From Glycera tridactyla (Eukaryota), in the NCBI GenBank assembly GCA_965644265.1, contig OZ286461.1, forward strand, positions 94,116,001 through 94,180,000: DNA of 64,000 bases. Reading direction: 5' to 3'. The stretch's first letter is position 1; each line of letters begins with the position of its first letter. The position numbers and the translations under genes were made by a program. Positions 38,674 through 52,040 of this stretch are shown here, in pieces. The notes below the pieces were generated by a model, which was given only the letters and a program-made list of their open reading frames with translations, was not told where the DNA came from and did no database searches.

Positions 38674-40881
38674 CAGGGCGTGAAGACATCGAAAATATCC
38701 ACCCGCCAAATGGGCGGGTGAAATTCAATATCACCCGCCCCTGCCAAAAAAAACAACGTCCGTACACGATTGTCACTGGGATTGAGAAAACACTCGTATA
38801 TCAGTATATGGCCAATTCTCCCAAATTGGGGCCAAAAAGTGGCAGATAGGGTCACTTTTTCAAACAATCCTGTTTGATAAACCATTATTGCTTTACAGTT
38901 CCACCACTTGTTGGGTCTTTATACCAAAAAAATCGGGGAGATCTGCTGAGCCCAAAAATAATTATCACTATTTTCATGAATGGGGGTCGTCAGCCGTTGC
39001 GTATGTTACTTTTTTATAAGAATCTCTCAAAAACACTCATAAATTGCTCTGAATTAACATTTATCAGTATGAATCAATAAACTTTGTTCCAGGATGTCAT
39101 TCCACACTACTTATTTCCTTGTCAAGGTCAGTCATTCAAAAGGATTTGAGCCAGAAATACAATGTCTGTCCTCGATCCTCAGGCCCTGTCCTTCAAAGCA
39201 ATTACTATCAGCATAAGTACCAAACTCATTATTCCGATTGAATACATATTGATGAGATGATGGGAACAGGGTTTTGTCATTCTCTGGAAAATTTGGGAAG
39301 TAATGAACATCATCCTATATGTATGTTATTTCATGTGACGTATGTTACTGCTGACACCAATTTTTTACACCTGAGTTATCTCATGTGAATTTCATTCAGT
39401 AGTTGCCACCAAAAGTAGCTAGTAGCTACATTTATCTTCACAGTAATCAAAATTTACATAATATCATTGAATAGGCTTGAAAATATTTGGACTTTCCAAG
39501 TTATCTGATTCCATGTGACCACTCTCAAGAGAAAAAAAGGCAAGGATAACATACATATTGGGTTGTAGCTCATGCAGATTATGTCAAAATAACATACATA
39601 TGCTCACATCATCCATATTCCTGTACCACAGTGATCATTTGTGACCATCAGTGGATGAAAAAGCATGGATCATCCATATTTAGAGCAACCATCCAATCAA
39701 CTATAAACCAGATTATGAACAAAACCGGAAAAATATATAGTGTCATGAATGCATGGGGATGACATGTAAAGTAGTGATCAATCCAAGATGGCACCAGTTG
39801 CTAGTAAACATGCTAAAACTCTGACCATAGGTTTGTTATCCATGGACAGAAATAGCACCCTTTAAGTGCCAAATTATTTTTTAGAGGTTGTTTATCATCT
39901 TGTTGATTCTTTTGAGCACTGGGATGGTCATTGTAACAATATTTTCAAATGATCTGATGGTGATACATGAGTTGATTCATAGCAGAAATCAGTGGGATTG
40001 AATGGTGAACTTGCACTCAAAAATTGACGGAATGGTAGTAACATAGCGTGACGCAGTTCAGAGATATCAGGGAACTATTTATCTCTAACATTTGACATGT
40101 CCCAAGGTTGTGAAATGAAGCCCTGCTATTGATTGTCAAGACTGAGTATGTTTGGGATCTTGGGATCATCTCAATTTGATATAGCACATCACCAAAGTAG
40201 GGTGGGGTCTGGTGTTATGTTTTGTGCGGTCAAAAATGGCCAATTTTGGCCATTAAATTGCCTCTAATTTCACTAAAATCAGAGATATTCCTATCAAAAT
40301 TGGACCACCTATTGTTTGAATCACATTACATCAGTTATCATGTTCAAATTCTGGGTGAAAGCTGCTGAATTGACGTAAAATACGTTTTTCAGTAGCTGGC
40401 CCCAATTTCGGAGAATTGGCCATATATACATCGAATTGCATTAAAAAACACGTCAAATGTGATAAAATTCATTCATTGGATCAGCTTCCACGTGGTTCCG
40501 AAACCTGCGCAGTCGATTGAAAATTGTCTTCTGCGCTTTGTGTTGACATCTCGCGCTGTGAGCCTCATGAAAGCAGGTCGCTGATTGGTTGATTTTGCCA
40601 GAATTCGGGATTCGGCCAATCAGAGATCGCGAGAGATATCTGTTGGTTCTTGACCCTTCCTCATCTCCAGCTTCCAAGATGGCGATTGAACATGTGAAAC
40701 TGACGAAATTTGTGTGCGAATTTGACAAATATAACTCGTTTTTCGCGACTTTTGGATGCAATCCGACAGGAAAAAGCACAGACGAGCCCGCCCGAGATAG
40801 ACGTGTAACTTTGAAATCTACCCGCCTGACTGAGATTTCAGCACGCCCGTGACGTTCGGGAGGCAATCTCTTCGCGCCCTG
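38674..40881. mobile_element. hAT-like non-autonomous element interrupted by a nested insertion
   Basis: TIR CAGGGCGTGAAGA / TCTTCGCGCCCTG (12/13); subterminal CCCGCC repeats at both ends; ~600 bp once 38810-40421 is removed; no TSD detected. Confidence 0.6.
38810..40421. mobile_element. Nested ~1.6-kb TIR element (GGCC termini, ATAT flanks)
   Basis: 25-bp TIR GGCCAATTCTCCCAAATTGGGGCCA against the reverse complement of 40397-40421 (1 mismatch); ATAT on both sides; no transposase ORF. Confidence 0.6.
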
Positions 40882-43149
40882 AAGTGGATAGGTTTGTTAG
40901 GAGAAATGTACTTTGAGATATACTTTTCCGAGTCCCCACTGGACTTCACATCACCTCTGTAGAATGAATTACGATTGTTCCACTTCCATCCATGTTGCCA
41001 TATAGTATATCTTCAGGTGCTCCTCCGATAAAGGTGATGTATAACTGGGTGAAATTGGGGTCAGCAGGCCTCCCGAGATTTTGAGAGTGATTGGAAGTGT
41101 GTAGGCCATTCTTGCCACAAGGCTAACTGAAGCACTTTACTATCTGACTCTTGGCATTGCTCTTTACACATGATTACATGCTGAAGTGAAAACAGATTTT
41201 GGCACTACTCTCCAACTCACCATATCATTGCCAAGATTAGAAACTAGAGGCCATCCATTGATGATTGATATTTCCTGCGGCAAACTTTCTGGTCATTTGT
41301 TTACAATTCTACATCAGGCATAAGTGCGAGCTTGGATACAGTAGAAATGTGGCCAAAATGTACTGTAGAATATTTGATTGGTGTTTGTATGATGGTAATA
41401 TTTTTGGGTTGAATATGCAATATGGTTATAAGATGGTTAATCAGCATCTCCCAGTCTAAATCACAGGTGCTGAGGAAGCTCAGGGAGAACTTCAAACCGG
41501 CCATGTTTTGTAGACAGCTCTCTATCCTTCAACCCAGTACATCATCCTCTTTCCCCCTCAGTTATGCTTCTCCTCGCTGTGCTCATGCTCCTCGCCAAGA
41601 TTTTTTTGCCCTCTGGTGAAGCATTTTTCCTGTCTTCATGGTGTGTTGAGGTCAAGGATATGGAGCCTTCGTACTGGAGCCAGTTTCACTCTTACTTGAG
41701 TGCCTTCGAAATTGCCATCGACAAACCGAGTTGAGTTGTTATGAATTTCTCCAAAAATGATAGTGACTCGGTGTGCTTATTGCAGTTTGTGAATATCTAG
41801 ACTGTGGTGAAATTGCATTGATGCTGGCCTTGTGCCACATAGCATGTTTTACTACAGCTTCTGTTAGATATTAAGGAAGTAATGGCTCTGGTTAGCTGCC
41901 AGTTACTTAGGCATTCTAGCACAGTGGCCCCCTGGATTCAGCCATCAATGATTGGTTCACCCCAGGTTTGGGTTGTCAACGTCACAAATGCTCTACTGTG
42001 ATGCCCATGCAATGGGCATGGGTGACCACATCCAAGGCTCCCCTGGTTCTGAGTCCCTGTACAAGAAAACATCATGAAAGTCAAAGGCACTTGAAGTGTG
42101 TTTACATAACCTCCACAGAGATGCCCGAATCGTATACCTGAACAGGGAGGGACAATTATTTATCACAGTCACAAATGAAGTATCATTTGATAGATGCTTT
42201 TGAATAAATTCTTCTGTTTGATCTGGTGATATATTGACAGGAGGAAGACTACTTACTGGGAATGGCCTTCATCACATTCAACTATATCCCTTGGAGGGAC
42301 CACCTTTTTCAAATTTTTGGTGACATCTGGTGTCATTTCACATCATGTCAGACTTCAAAACTTTCGAATCATAAATCAAGCTAGTGAGGTATGAGCTTAA
42401 TGCATAGTTGTGGGTGTTAACTGCACTTCAAGTCCATTATCCTGAATGTAGGCTTGAGATAACTCCCCCCCCCCCCAAAAAAAAAAAAAAAAAAATGCCC
42501 GCAGCCCATTTTAGGTCTACAGTTCTAGTTACTTCATTACTCCCACATTTGGTGTTGAATCAGGGGCCACCCGGAATCCACCTGCAGCAATCTTAATGAG
42601 CCTTGGTGGTGGGTGGGGGGGGGGGGGGGGGCTGTGAGTGATGAAGGGTGTTGGAATGCTGGTGACCTACATACTCTGTGAGCAAGAGTGAGTGAAGTGT
42701 GAACAGATCACTGTACAGTAATTGACACTTGAGTTGAGTCAGTGGGTGGAAGTTTGTCCAGCCATAGGTCAATGGGAAATCATTTGATGTTTGAAAAAGG
42801 CAGAGGTAACAGTGATAAGGAGTGAAATTATATTGAAGACATATGCCCTGAGTGATTTCTGAAACTTTGGGGCGCAGTTTTGTTTTGTTCATCGATATGA
42901 ATTTCACTCACTGAACAGTTTCACCTTGAGCACCTGCAGTCATCTTCAGATATGTTTGCCCATCAGTTAGAGTAGTGGCCATATGTCGATTCTTCGTGGT
43001 TTCTCAACACATATATGCCTTCTGATATTCTGTCCTTGAGCTATCCAATTTGTAGCTTGCTCCTGTTTCAACCAAAAGTGAGATATGCTGCAGATACTCA
43101 TTTCACATTCACAATTAGGGTCTGCATTTCTTTGAAAAAGTTCAACAAT

Positions 43150-43900
43150 ATTTTGTCTTTCTCAACAGTCTAGGTCGTATATAGCCAGAACACAGATGAT
43201 TTCATGAGATCGGCATTTCAGTCATCATCACTTGGCAATCAGCTATCATGGATTGAGGGTAGCAGTAGAGAATAGAGGTCCTCTGTGCATATTGTATAGA
43301 TGATCATGCACATTTTCTATCGCAGGCTTGCCAGAAGACTGGTCACTTCATAGCCACAATATGAAAAAGTGGCAGTCCCATTTTATGAGCTATGAAGATT
43401 CCAGAACTCTGGGACCCCATTGCCTGAATTGCTTCCCAGATTACTGCTCTACCACATGTTGATTGGGCATCCCAAAACCAGAATGTGCATGGAGAATTGC
43501 AAGCGATGTATATGAGCAGTGGTAGGTACAATCCGATCAGCTGGCCCTGGTGGCACCCAATGTCTACACTCACTCACCTGCCAGGTGATTCATTCATTAC
43601 TCATCTGACCAGTCACCAGTACTTCACCAAGCTTGAACATAAGCAGCCATCTGCAACTGCACAAATGGGTGAAACTTTAACAAAATCTGGTGCTGATATT
43701 TCCCTAGAATAGGTTGATGATAAGTTGTTTACTAAGATGAATATAGCGAGACTTCTCAATCTGTTGATGATGGTGTCTCTTGCTCGTTTCATGATGACTT
43801 GACAATTGATGTCACTTCCACTTATTACTCTCTGATGCAATCCACAACTGCCAAAGTGAAAGCTAGTTTGGCAGACTTGATGTTGGCCCCATTTTACCAT
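43150..43900 (-). pseudogene. Decayed Gypsy-type integrase remnant
   Basis: Minus-strand fragments occur in the expected order: MKRARDTI (cf. KRRARxxxYWP), NGVPE (cf. HGIPE), TSILYCYPQS (cf. TSSPYYPQSNG). Confidence 0.45.
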
Positions 43901-45134
43901 GCACATGGGCCATCATCCCCCAACATTTTCAGTGGAAGCTGAATTGTTTCTCGTTTGATTGGCCCCTTTCTATGCATCTTGGCCCCTTTTTCTCCAGCAG
44001 AAGGGCCAAATCAGCCCCTCATCTAAAAAAGCTGGTGGTATTTCTGGAAATTCTTAAGTCTTCAGGTATTTCTGGTACTGTTGTCAATTGTTTGGGGAAA
44101 AGTCTGGGTTAGATGGATGATATGGGAATAGAGCATCTCAGCAAGATTCTGCCGCTCTTGTCGGGCGACTCACTGTCGGTTGACCTCTAACCACCTCCAA
44201 ACTGCTGGTTTGTTTGTATTGGTTTAATTGGACATGAGCTTGTACAAGCTGGCCATCCATCCAATGCACCAACTTGTGGCAGGTATTTTTACTAAGTACT
44301 CTTATGATAACATCAGTCACCTTGTCCTCAATAGAAGGCAGGCATAAACCATGCACATGACTACACACATCTGCTGCTATTGCTTCTTCACATGTTCATC
44401 CCCTGTGGGTAGGGTGGGAGTCCAGGGTCTCTATAGAAGGCAGCCACCAATGGGCGCGGGTCTTTTTTCTTTCAAGTGTTGCCATCGGGGATGATGTGGC
44501 CTAGATGTAGCATCATCCCTTCTCTTTTTCTCAATAATTTTAGGTGTTGGGGGTTGAATGAAGACATACCTTCAGATTTTCTGTCATCTGTCTTTAGGCA
44601 ATTTCTACCAAAATTACACTATCACCATGGTTTCTTTCTCTTCACCTCTTTTCTATCCCTCTAAGCTCCTTTTTATTTCTTCAGCGAAATGGTCTCCGGT
44701 GTAGGTAGCTAACGGTTTGCCTGTTGCAGATATTGTCACTATGCAAAAAGCGGGTACCAGGCATACCAGTTCTGGGTTACTAGGGCTGCGACTAGGTTAC
44801 TAGGAAGTGTGATGGCATTGTACTGCGAGCATAGGGCAAGAAATTATTGTAAAGCTGGTTTGAAGTTGGCAGTTTGTAATTGAACGCTTTGGTTGAGTAT
44901 CCCCCAAACCTAATGCTTCTCCTTGTGTCAAGTGCTGCGCTTTGCGAAAAAGAAAGCATTGCTATCAGGCTTGGGTGTTAGCTTCCAGCCAGCTACATAG
45001 TTAGATATGCCATCAAAGGTTTATTATGTGTGTTCAGATTAGGTAGAGGTGTGTCTGAACTGTCAGCTACTTCCACTTGACAACCTTTCAGGTTTCCCAT
45101 CAACTTGTGTTCAGGGTTTGTGAGAGTGATTTCT

Positions 45135-45452
45135 GCAGGGGACAGAACATCTAGCTTTCATTAACCAGGAACACACGGCATACATAACCCACGGGTTGAT
45201 ACATGCCGTTAAACCTCAAACAAAGAAAGAAAGTTCATCCCCTATTGAGGGTTACTCAAACCCAGTGTATGTCGACTGGGATATCAAAGACTGGCTTTTC
45301 CTGTATGCACATAAAAGAACCACTGCTGTCATTTGCAAACAGTAGGGACAACCCCAGCAGCGGTGGCTCTTTTCTTCAGCATTTTCAGTTTCTCAGTCTG
45401 ATATAACCAAAGGTGGTTGAAAGGAGGTTAAACCCAAACAACAAACAAACAA
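45135..45452 (+). repeat. SINE-like 3' tails (GTTAAACC...AAACAAAC); 45135-45215 is homologous to 41-123
   Basis: GCAGGGG.CAGAACATCTA...TACATG.CG.TTAAACC is shared with the window start; a second tail GGTTAAACCCAAACAACAAACAAAC lies near 45426-45452; no tRNA head identified. Confidence 0.35.
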
Positions 45453-47619
45453 AATCCCCACATGAAATAAGCTCTAGGACCTTTTCCATCCGCAGTGAGA
45501 TAGATTGGAACAACTACATTGGGAAAAATACAACCTTAATCAATAGCAAGATGTCACCACCCCCATCCATCAAAGTAATGACCTCTACAGAACCATCACA
45601 TGGGAGGCAAAGTTGGGAAGGTCATCAGCCAACATAGCCATAAAACATGACTTCTGCTCTGTAGATCATCTTATGAAATGAACTGATTTTCAGAGTTTTT
45701 CAATATTTATCAACCTCTGTTTTCGATGCTATTTTATTGACCCATGAATGCATGAAATAATTTTGCGGAAGCTGGTGCAAATGCAATCACTGCTCATCCT
45801 TAGTTGCTCATCTTCTCTCATAATATTGATTTTGTCAGAGTGAGTGAGGAATATGGTGCACCAATGTTTCACGGAACAAAGAATATAGAGAACTTGAGTA
45901 CTCTCGTATAACAGCCAGTAAAGTTGCGGGAGAATGTTGAATTTCATACGGTCATGTCCATCCAATCAGATGTGAGAAAATCTTCCATATGATTCAGCAT
46001 TTGTCAGTTGTTTTTCGATGGGAAGACTCACAAATGAGTGCCATCAAATGCTGTCAATCGTCATTCCTGTGTAGAAAGGGGCCAAAGATTTTCTCACTGA
46101 CATCAGTGAATGGGACCTTGCTATACCAAAAGTGAAAAAAAAAATCATATAAGCATGATTGTCAGTTTGGTCGACAGACAGAAAGGTCCTCCAGTTCCAT
46201 GAGGCGCTTGTTGCCCTAGGACCTTTCATTTTCAATTCAATTACCCCTATATATTTTGAGTACTGACCCCAGGTGACCTCTCAGTGTTAGGTCCAATGAA
46301 GGGCGTGCACCAGGGCACCTGCCTTCTCCCCTACCTATGATTCATCTCACCTCCACCAGCTTAACTTCCATCCAGATTAAACCAATTAGCATTCCAACTC
46401 AAACATCCCGCAAACTTCAAAGATGCACTTCTCCTGTCAGACACCATGCCTGTCCTGGATATTTTTGTCAATATTTTGAGTTTCTCCAGGATTCTGGATG
46501 TTACAGGGTGATGCAAAGGGCATGCATCAGTTTCAGTTGATGATGTCTGGGTCCAGGTAAAAATTGTGCTGAAAGTCTTTTTTCGAAAGTTTATGTGAAT
46601 AAAAGTAATATGTGTGGTCCAGACAACACAAATATATAGCACCACCCATATTTCAGCCCACCCTCATGTAGGAGCCCACACCCCTTTTCCTGATATTGGT
46701 TAAGAATTCGGCCAATGATGAAGTCACTCAAACTTGGAAATTTGTATGATCGCCCAACCCCCCAAAATGCAGATGGTCATGCTGTAAATGACTAGGCTTG
46801 TATTTGAGAGTGTTGCATGAATATGGTACAGTTAAATCTGTTATGAGAGAAAGCTATTATGAGACCAGAATGTCTACAGTCTCGTCGTTAAAGAGGTGCT
46901 ATGCAGCTTGCCCATATAATCTTGGAAAGTGTAAGTGTCCTTATTTCTGATGGTCGATTCATCATATAAGTTGTCCAAGTGATGAAAATACAAATTGCAT
47001 AGGCATGGTCTGCAAGTAGTATTAATATATAGTTTGATTAAATTCAGATGTATTTTCGATATGTAGGTATTGTTGCATCATTGCAGCACATACCAGATTT
47101 GCAATCTGATTGAAGGCTATCTGAGATGGTTTGTTAACACCCACCCTTGATGTGATGGCCATTAGTACATATTTCCAGCAGGCTTCAAGGTCCCATACTA
47201 AATGTTGGAGTCTTGGATTCTGAGCAGGACTCTTGAGTTTTTGTGCTAGTGGCCCATCTGGCTTTGAGCCATTTCCAGGTAATCTGGAACCCTGAATGAG
47301 CGGCATGTGGTGGCAGTGATGCAGCATGTAGTCAGCTTCGGTGGCGTCAGCGCCAACACCAACGCCAGCCCCGAGCAAGTGGTTGCTAACATAGGCCAGA
47401 TTATCAATAGTCCCACCACAAATCCACCAGACTTGATGTGGCAGCCACTCCAATAATGCCCCCACTTTATACGAGTGGCGCCTATCTTATATAATTTTTC
47501 AAGAAGTTTAGTTTGAAGTAGCAAAACAAAAACTGCAGGGAAAAACTTTGGTCTGAGCTGAAACACCAGCTGCAATATCTTGTGTATTCAGAGGTGTATT
47601 TGCATGCCATGACATGACT

Positions 47620-47773
47620 ATCCCGCTTTGTAGTCTCAGTATGTGGAGTGTTTCACACTACTTCCTTTCACTATCTTACTCTTTCAATATGTGGAGTGTT
47701 TCACACTACCATCTTTTACTATCTTACTGTCTCAATATGTGGAGTGTTTCACACTACTTTGTTTTACTATCTT
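47620..47773. repeat. 48-bp tandem repeat x3, followed by a (CTGT)n microsatellite to ~47820
   Basis: ATGTGGAGTGTTTCACACTAC at 47641, 47689 and 47737. Confidence 0.9.
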
Positions 47774-47785
47774 GGAACATTTTCA

Positions 47786-47820
<35 letters not shown>

Positions 47821-48285
47821 GGTATGCCTACCTTTCTCCATTCCTGAATGCTTGTCTCTCTTATGACGGTCTGTCTGTCTGTCTGTCCACCCATCTGTTT
47901 GTCGGATTCACCTAGTTCATTCCACTGAATAACCGAGTGAAGGGCACAAAAGTGACGTACCACTGGTTGTCAGTTTCTGAATTCTCATTGCCAGACACCA
48001 AAGAATCTTTTATCTATATCATATCACCTGATTGAGTATATGTGTTTGACCTTCTGTATGATAGCTGAAATGCCAGACTCTAGGAAAAGAACATATTTTC
48101 ACAGTTCACTCATACACATTGTGTGTGTGTACGTGCGTGCATGCGTGCATGCGTGCATGCATGCATGCGCAGAGCTGCATCAAGTAAGGGGAAAGGTCAG
48201 TTGGCACATGGAAACCAGTATTCGCACCGTTTGATTTTGCTATCAGGCTTTATTGGCCAATTTCTTTGATAGGTTTGCCCATGTG

Positions 48286-48625
48286 NNNNNNNNNNNNNNN
48301 NNNNNNNNNNNNNNNNNNNNNNNNNNNNNNNNNNNNNNNNNNNNNNNNNNNNNNNNNNNNNNNNNNNNNNNNNNNNNNNNNNNNNNNNNNNNNNNNNNNN
48401 NNNNNNNNNNNNNNNNNNNNNNNNNNNNNNNNNNNNNNNNNNNNNNNNNNNNNNNNNNNNNNNNNNNNNNNNNNNNNNNNNNNNNNNNNNNNNNNNNNNN
48501 NNNNNNNNNNNNNNNNNNNNNNNNNNNNNNNNNNNNNNNNNNNNNNNNNNNNNNNNNNNNNNNNNNNNNNNNNNNNNNNNNNNNNNNNNNNNNNNNNNNN
48601 NNNNNNNNNNNNNNNNNNNNNNNNN
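48286..48625. other. Assembly gap (340 N)
   Basis: Run of N. Confidence 1.
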
Positions 48626-49739
48626 TCAGCTATACTCTATCCCTATCATCCCAGAGGGAGGGGTGTAATGCAGATAGTGATTATGGATGTTCCAAGGTCG
48701 TCTGTGATAAGAGAGCTGAATCAGCATATGCGGGAACTTGTAGGACATTAGCGAATTCTTGTCTGGCATCCTGCACGCTCATTACCTGCGATAGTTTATG
48801 GCAAAATGGGAGCAATCGGGAGCAATGTTCCTGGATGCTGATCCTATTCAGATACTGCATATCTGGATGGGATACCCCTAATTATTGAACTGGCCAGATG
48901 GCATGATAAGCGTGGCATGGAATTGTCTGTGTTCCATCCAACAAGTCTTGCTCACCTAATTATATCAACATCCAGACTGAATATGGGAAATCACAACTTT
49001 TCATAGTTGCAGTATGAATCAGGGCATTCTGCCTCATGATATTATTGTCCAATGTCTAGTCCTGAATATGTTGTGGGCATTGGTCATAGGTACAAATATT
49101 CTCATAGTAGTGGTGAAATGTTATGAATTATCTAGTCTGGAAGTAGGATGATTCATGGCAGCAGGCAATCCACTTACATCAGAATTGTATGGTTAATGAC
49201 TAATTGGAGGGCTGGGAGGTAACTTGGTCTATCTATTGGAGTGCGGTCTATCTATTGGAGTGAGGCTGAATTAGGGAGGATCGGAGAAAGGAATGACCGC
49301 TAACACTGGCAATGCCATGGGGAGTCTAGCTGCTACATGGGTTGTGGCTTCATTCTCCTGCCAGGATGGCTTCTGCATAATATTGGTGCCACCGGGTTGC
49401 ATTCCTTTCCTCCCAAGAAATATGTAACTGGTATTATACAATGACGAAGCTCATACTAAGTTACCTTTCATTATCTCAGCTCAGCCTGGGGGTTCTGGCC
49501 TTGACCCTGATCCTTGTATTGGGTGTTATTTCATTTTATGTGGCTTCAGTCCACACTACAGACTGCCAGAGAGTCATCAAAGTGAGCATGGGAGATCCCT
49601 ACTCTGCCGTCATGGAGTGAGTTTGTATGGTCACATTTTCAGAATATCTTCCAGCACTTCAGATACTACTGGGAGCTACCGATAGGTTGCAAGTTGTCAC
49701 CATATTCCAACCCTAGCTACAGAAAATTAGAATTCAGTA

Positions 49740-49888
49740 CAGTGACACCTTGTACCTGTCTTGGGAGACTGGCCTAAATGCCAACCGCAAGTGGTCTCTC
49801 AGACAAGTTGTCTGTCACCGGAGGTATATTTGACTTTGTCAAATAGAAAGTCTCCCAAAACAGGGGTATCTCATAACATGTTCCTGTG
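49740..49888. mobile_element. TA-TSD MITE family B, diverged
   Basis: ACCTGTCTTGGGAGAC and GAGGTATATTTGACTTTGTCAAATAGAA core; TA flanks. Confidence 0.55.
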
Positions 49889-50036
49889 TATCTGGCTTGC
49901 TCCTGAACTTTGGTGATCACTCAGCAATCTCATATTTGATTGTCTACTAGACCCGAAGCCCAGCTCCTAGAAATGTGAGTCAAGACAGCTAGTGGGATGC
50001 ATAACGATGTTGATCAATAAAGAGCCCCTTCCTTCA

Positions 50037-51607
50037 TTATGTCTCCCCCCCCTGATGGGGGAGACATATAGAATTCGTATTGTCCGTCTGTCCGTCTGTC
50101 CGTCTGTCCGTCTGTCCGTCCGTCCGTCTGTCCGTCTGTCCGTCTGTCCGTCTGTCTGTCACAAAACCTCGTGAGCACGATTGCAGCAAAACTACTCATC
50201 CGAATTTGATGAAATTTGGCAGGCATACCCCTTGGGAGGGTCTAATGAACTGATTAGATTTTGGTCTATGTGACATGATTTTCAAGATCACCAGGGGCAA
50301 AAATTTCACTGAAATTTCACCAAAAAGGTACCCTAATTAAACTCAGTCTGTATTGTGACCTCTCCGAAATGAACGCATTTCTCATGCCTCTCCATTCATG
50401 TTATGTAAGATTCTTCGGTCTCTGACAATGCTCTTTTGTCCTGCTCTAATGACTAGACGTTGATTTCATTTTCCCTCTCTCCTCAAACAAAAGCCCAAAC
50501 TTAATTAACTTCCCTGTTTGTGTCTGCTCCTTGTTGCTACCTGTGGATATCCAATGGCTATTATACTTGGCATATTGGTATATACAGTCAAACCTCCTCT
50601 AAAGACCACTTCTCTATAGAGACCACCTCCCTATAAAGACCACCCTGAGCTGCGACTGTGGTAGTATTCTCAATACTGAATGACCTCTCTATAAAGACCA
50701 CCTCCCTATAAAGGCCACTTTTTGATGTGACCGAAGGCGGTCCTTATAGAGAGGTTCGACTGTAAGTGCTGTTAGCGATTTGACTGTCATACCCCCCTGT
50801 GTTGGTCCACTGGTGTGTTTTTGTCTCAAAGTTTGTATACCTCCTTCCCTAGACTATGGATTTACATCTTGCATTTCAAGGTCACTGAGTGCAAAATGAT
50901 TTCCGGACAATAAATTGAGTTTCAGGGGTAGCCTTCTCAAACCTCTATGAGAGGCTGTACATCTATGGCAACACACCCATCGATTTTTCAATTACTTACG
51001 GGGGGGGGGGGGTTGTCCATAATTTGAGAGTGAAAATGTTTCACTTTTCTCATTTACTCATCCTGTGACATCATGCACTCAGCGGGGCATTCACACCCAT
51101 TGAGTGTATCTACAGGCTAGTGGTGATACACTGGCATTTTGAAGATGGTGCCAAAAGGTCAAAGGTCAAGGTCACAGGAGCTATTTTCAGAATTTGAGAA
51201 TATGGACAAATCTCATTTGCTGAATTGTTCTTGTTTCCTGGGTCACTGATCAAGACCTGATCAAGAGCTTCCCCTGTCAGCAAAATTCCACTCAAACCGC
51301 TGAACCAAATTCAACTGAACTTCTCTGATGCCTAGGCATATTCTCAAGGACAAATCCTACACAAAGAGACCCCTGTACCCCAGCACACCTCATACCCCAG
51401 GACACATTTTCGTACTTATGACTAGGTATACTACATCATTGGTCACTCAAAGGATAGTTGTCAACCATTAATGTCTATCTTTTCATGCTTACTTGAAGAT
51501 GAATAAGCAAGCAGGTGGGATGCCAGGCATGTATACGGGTAGTGAATAATTACAAAGTCTGGGGGGAGACATATTGAGTGAGGAGGTGCCTCACTAAAAT
51601 TCTAGTT
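50037..51607 (+). mobile_element. HINE/DINE-1-like element with nested insertions
   Basis: 5' hairpin TATGTCTCCCCC...GGGGGAGACATA; (GTCY)n at 50080-50140; matching 3' subTIR GGGGGAGACATA at ~51562-51573, then palindrome AGTGAGG-aggtg-CCTCACT and CTAGTT. Confidence 0.7.
50585..50762 (+). mobile_element. TA-TSD MITE family A, nested in the HINE-like element
   Basis: TA|CAGTCAAACCTCC...GAGGTTCGACTG|TA; aligns with 8368-8544. Confidence 0.88.
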
Positions 51608-51783
51608 GCTATCAGTTCTGAGGTCCTAGTTACTGCTACCCTGTGTGGAAGGAGACTGGATCATTGCCACTTTAGTTCCATACGGGTGTGACTGTAGGAG
51701 AAAATGGGAATTTGCTATTTGCATCTCCCTGATCTGTGGGTGGGGGATCAGATGATTGATTGTTTGATAGGCTTTTTATAATA

Positions 51784-52040
51784 CAGTAAAACCTGTCTTG
51801 GGAGACTGCCACAAATGCCAATGAAAAGTGGTCTCTCAAGGCAGCAGTGTTCGCTCTGACTCCTGCTTGAGTGGGGACATATGTCCCACCTAATTTTGAA
51901 ATTAGGGACAACACCCTTGACAGGTGGTCTCTCATTGGAGGTATACTTGACTATGTCAAATAGAGGAAAGCAGATAAAGAGTGGTCTCCCATTAGAGAGT
52001 GGCCTCTCAAAAGAGGGGTCTCCCAAGACAGGTTTCACTG
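51784..52040. mobile_element. TA-TSD MITE family B with a ~70-bp internal insertion
   Basis: 23-bp TIR CAGT(A/G)AAACCTGTCTTGGGAGAC; extra segment at ~51845-51915 containing the GGGACATATGTCCC palindrome. Confidence 0.8.

Noticed and set aside
39788-39830. Possible alternative first coding exon caagATGGCACCA...ATAG|GTTTGT (MAPVASKHAKTLTI, phase 1)
   Set aside because: Splicing to the next exon D (phase 0) gives an immediate TGA; it would need D skipping, and it lies inside a TIR element.
47022-47575. Overlapping minus-strand ORFs of 147 and 109 aa
   Set aside because: No recognisable domain or splice structure; probably decayed TE sequence.
48253-48888. ORFs spanning N runs (also 19822-20178)
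   Set aside because: Artefacts of the assembly gaps. A weak minus-strand AYADS (YADD-like) motif after the gap is not enough to call a LINE.
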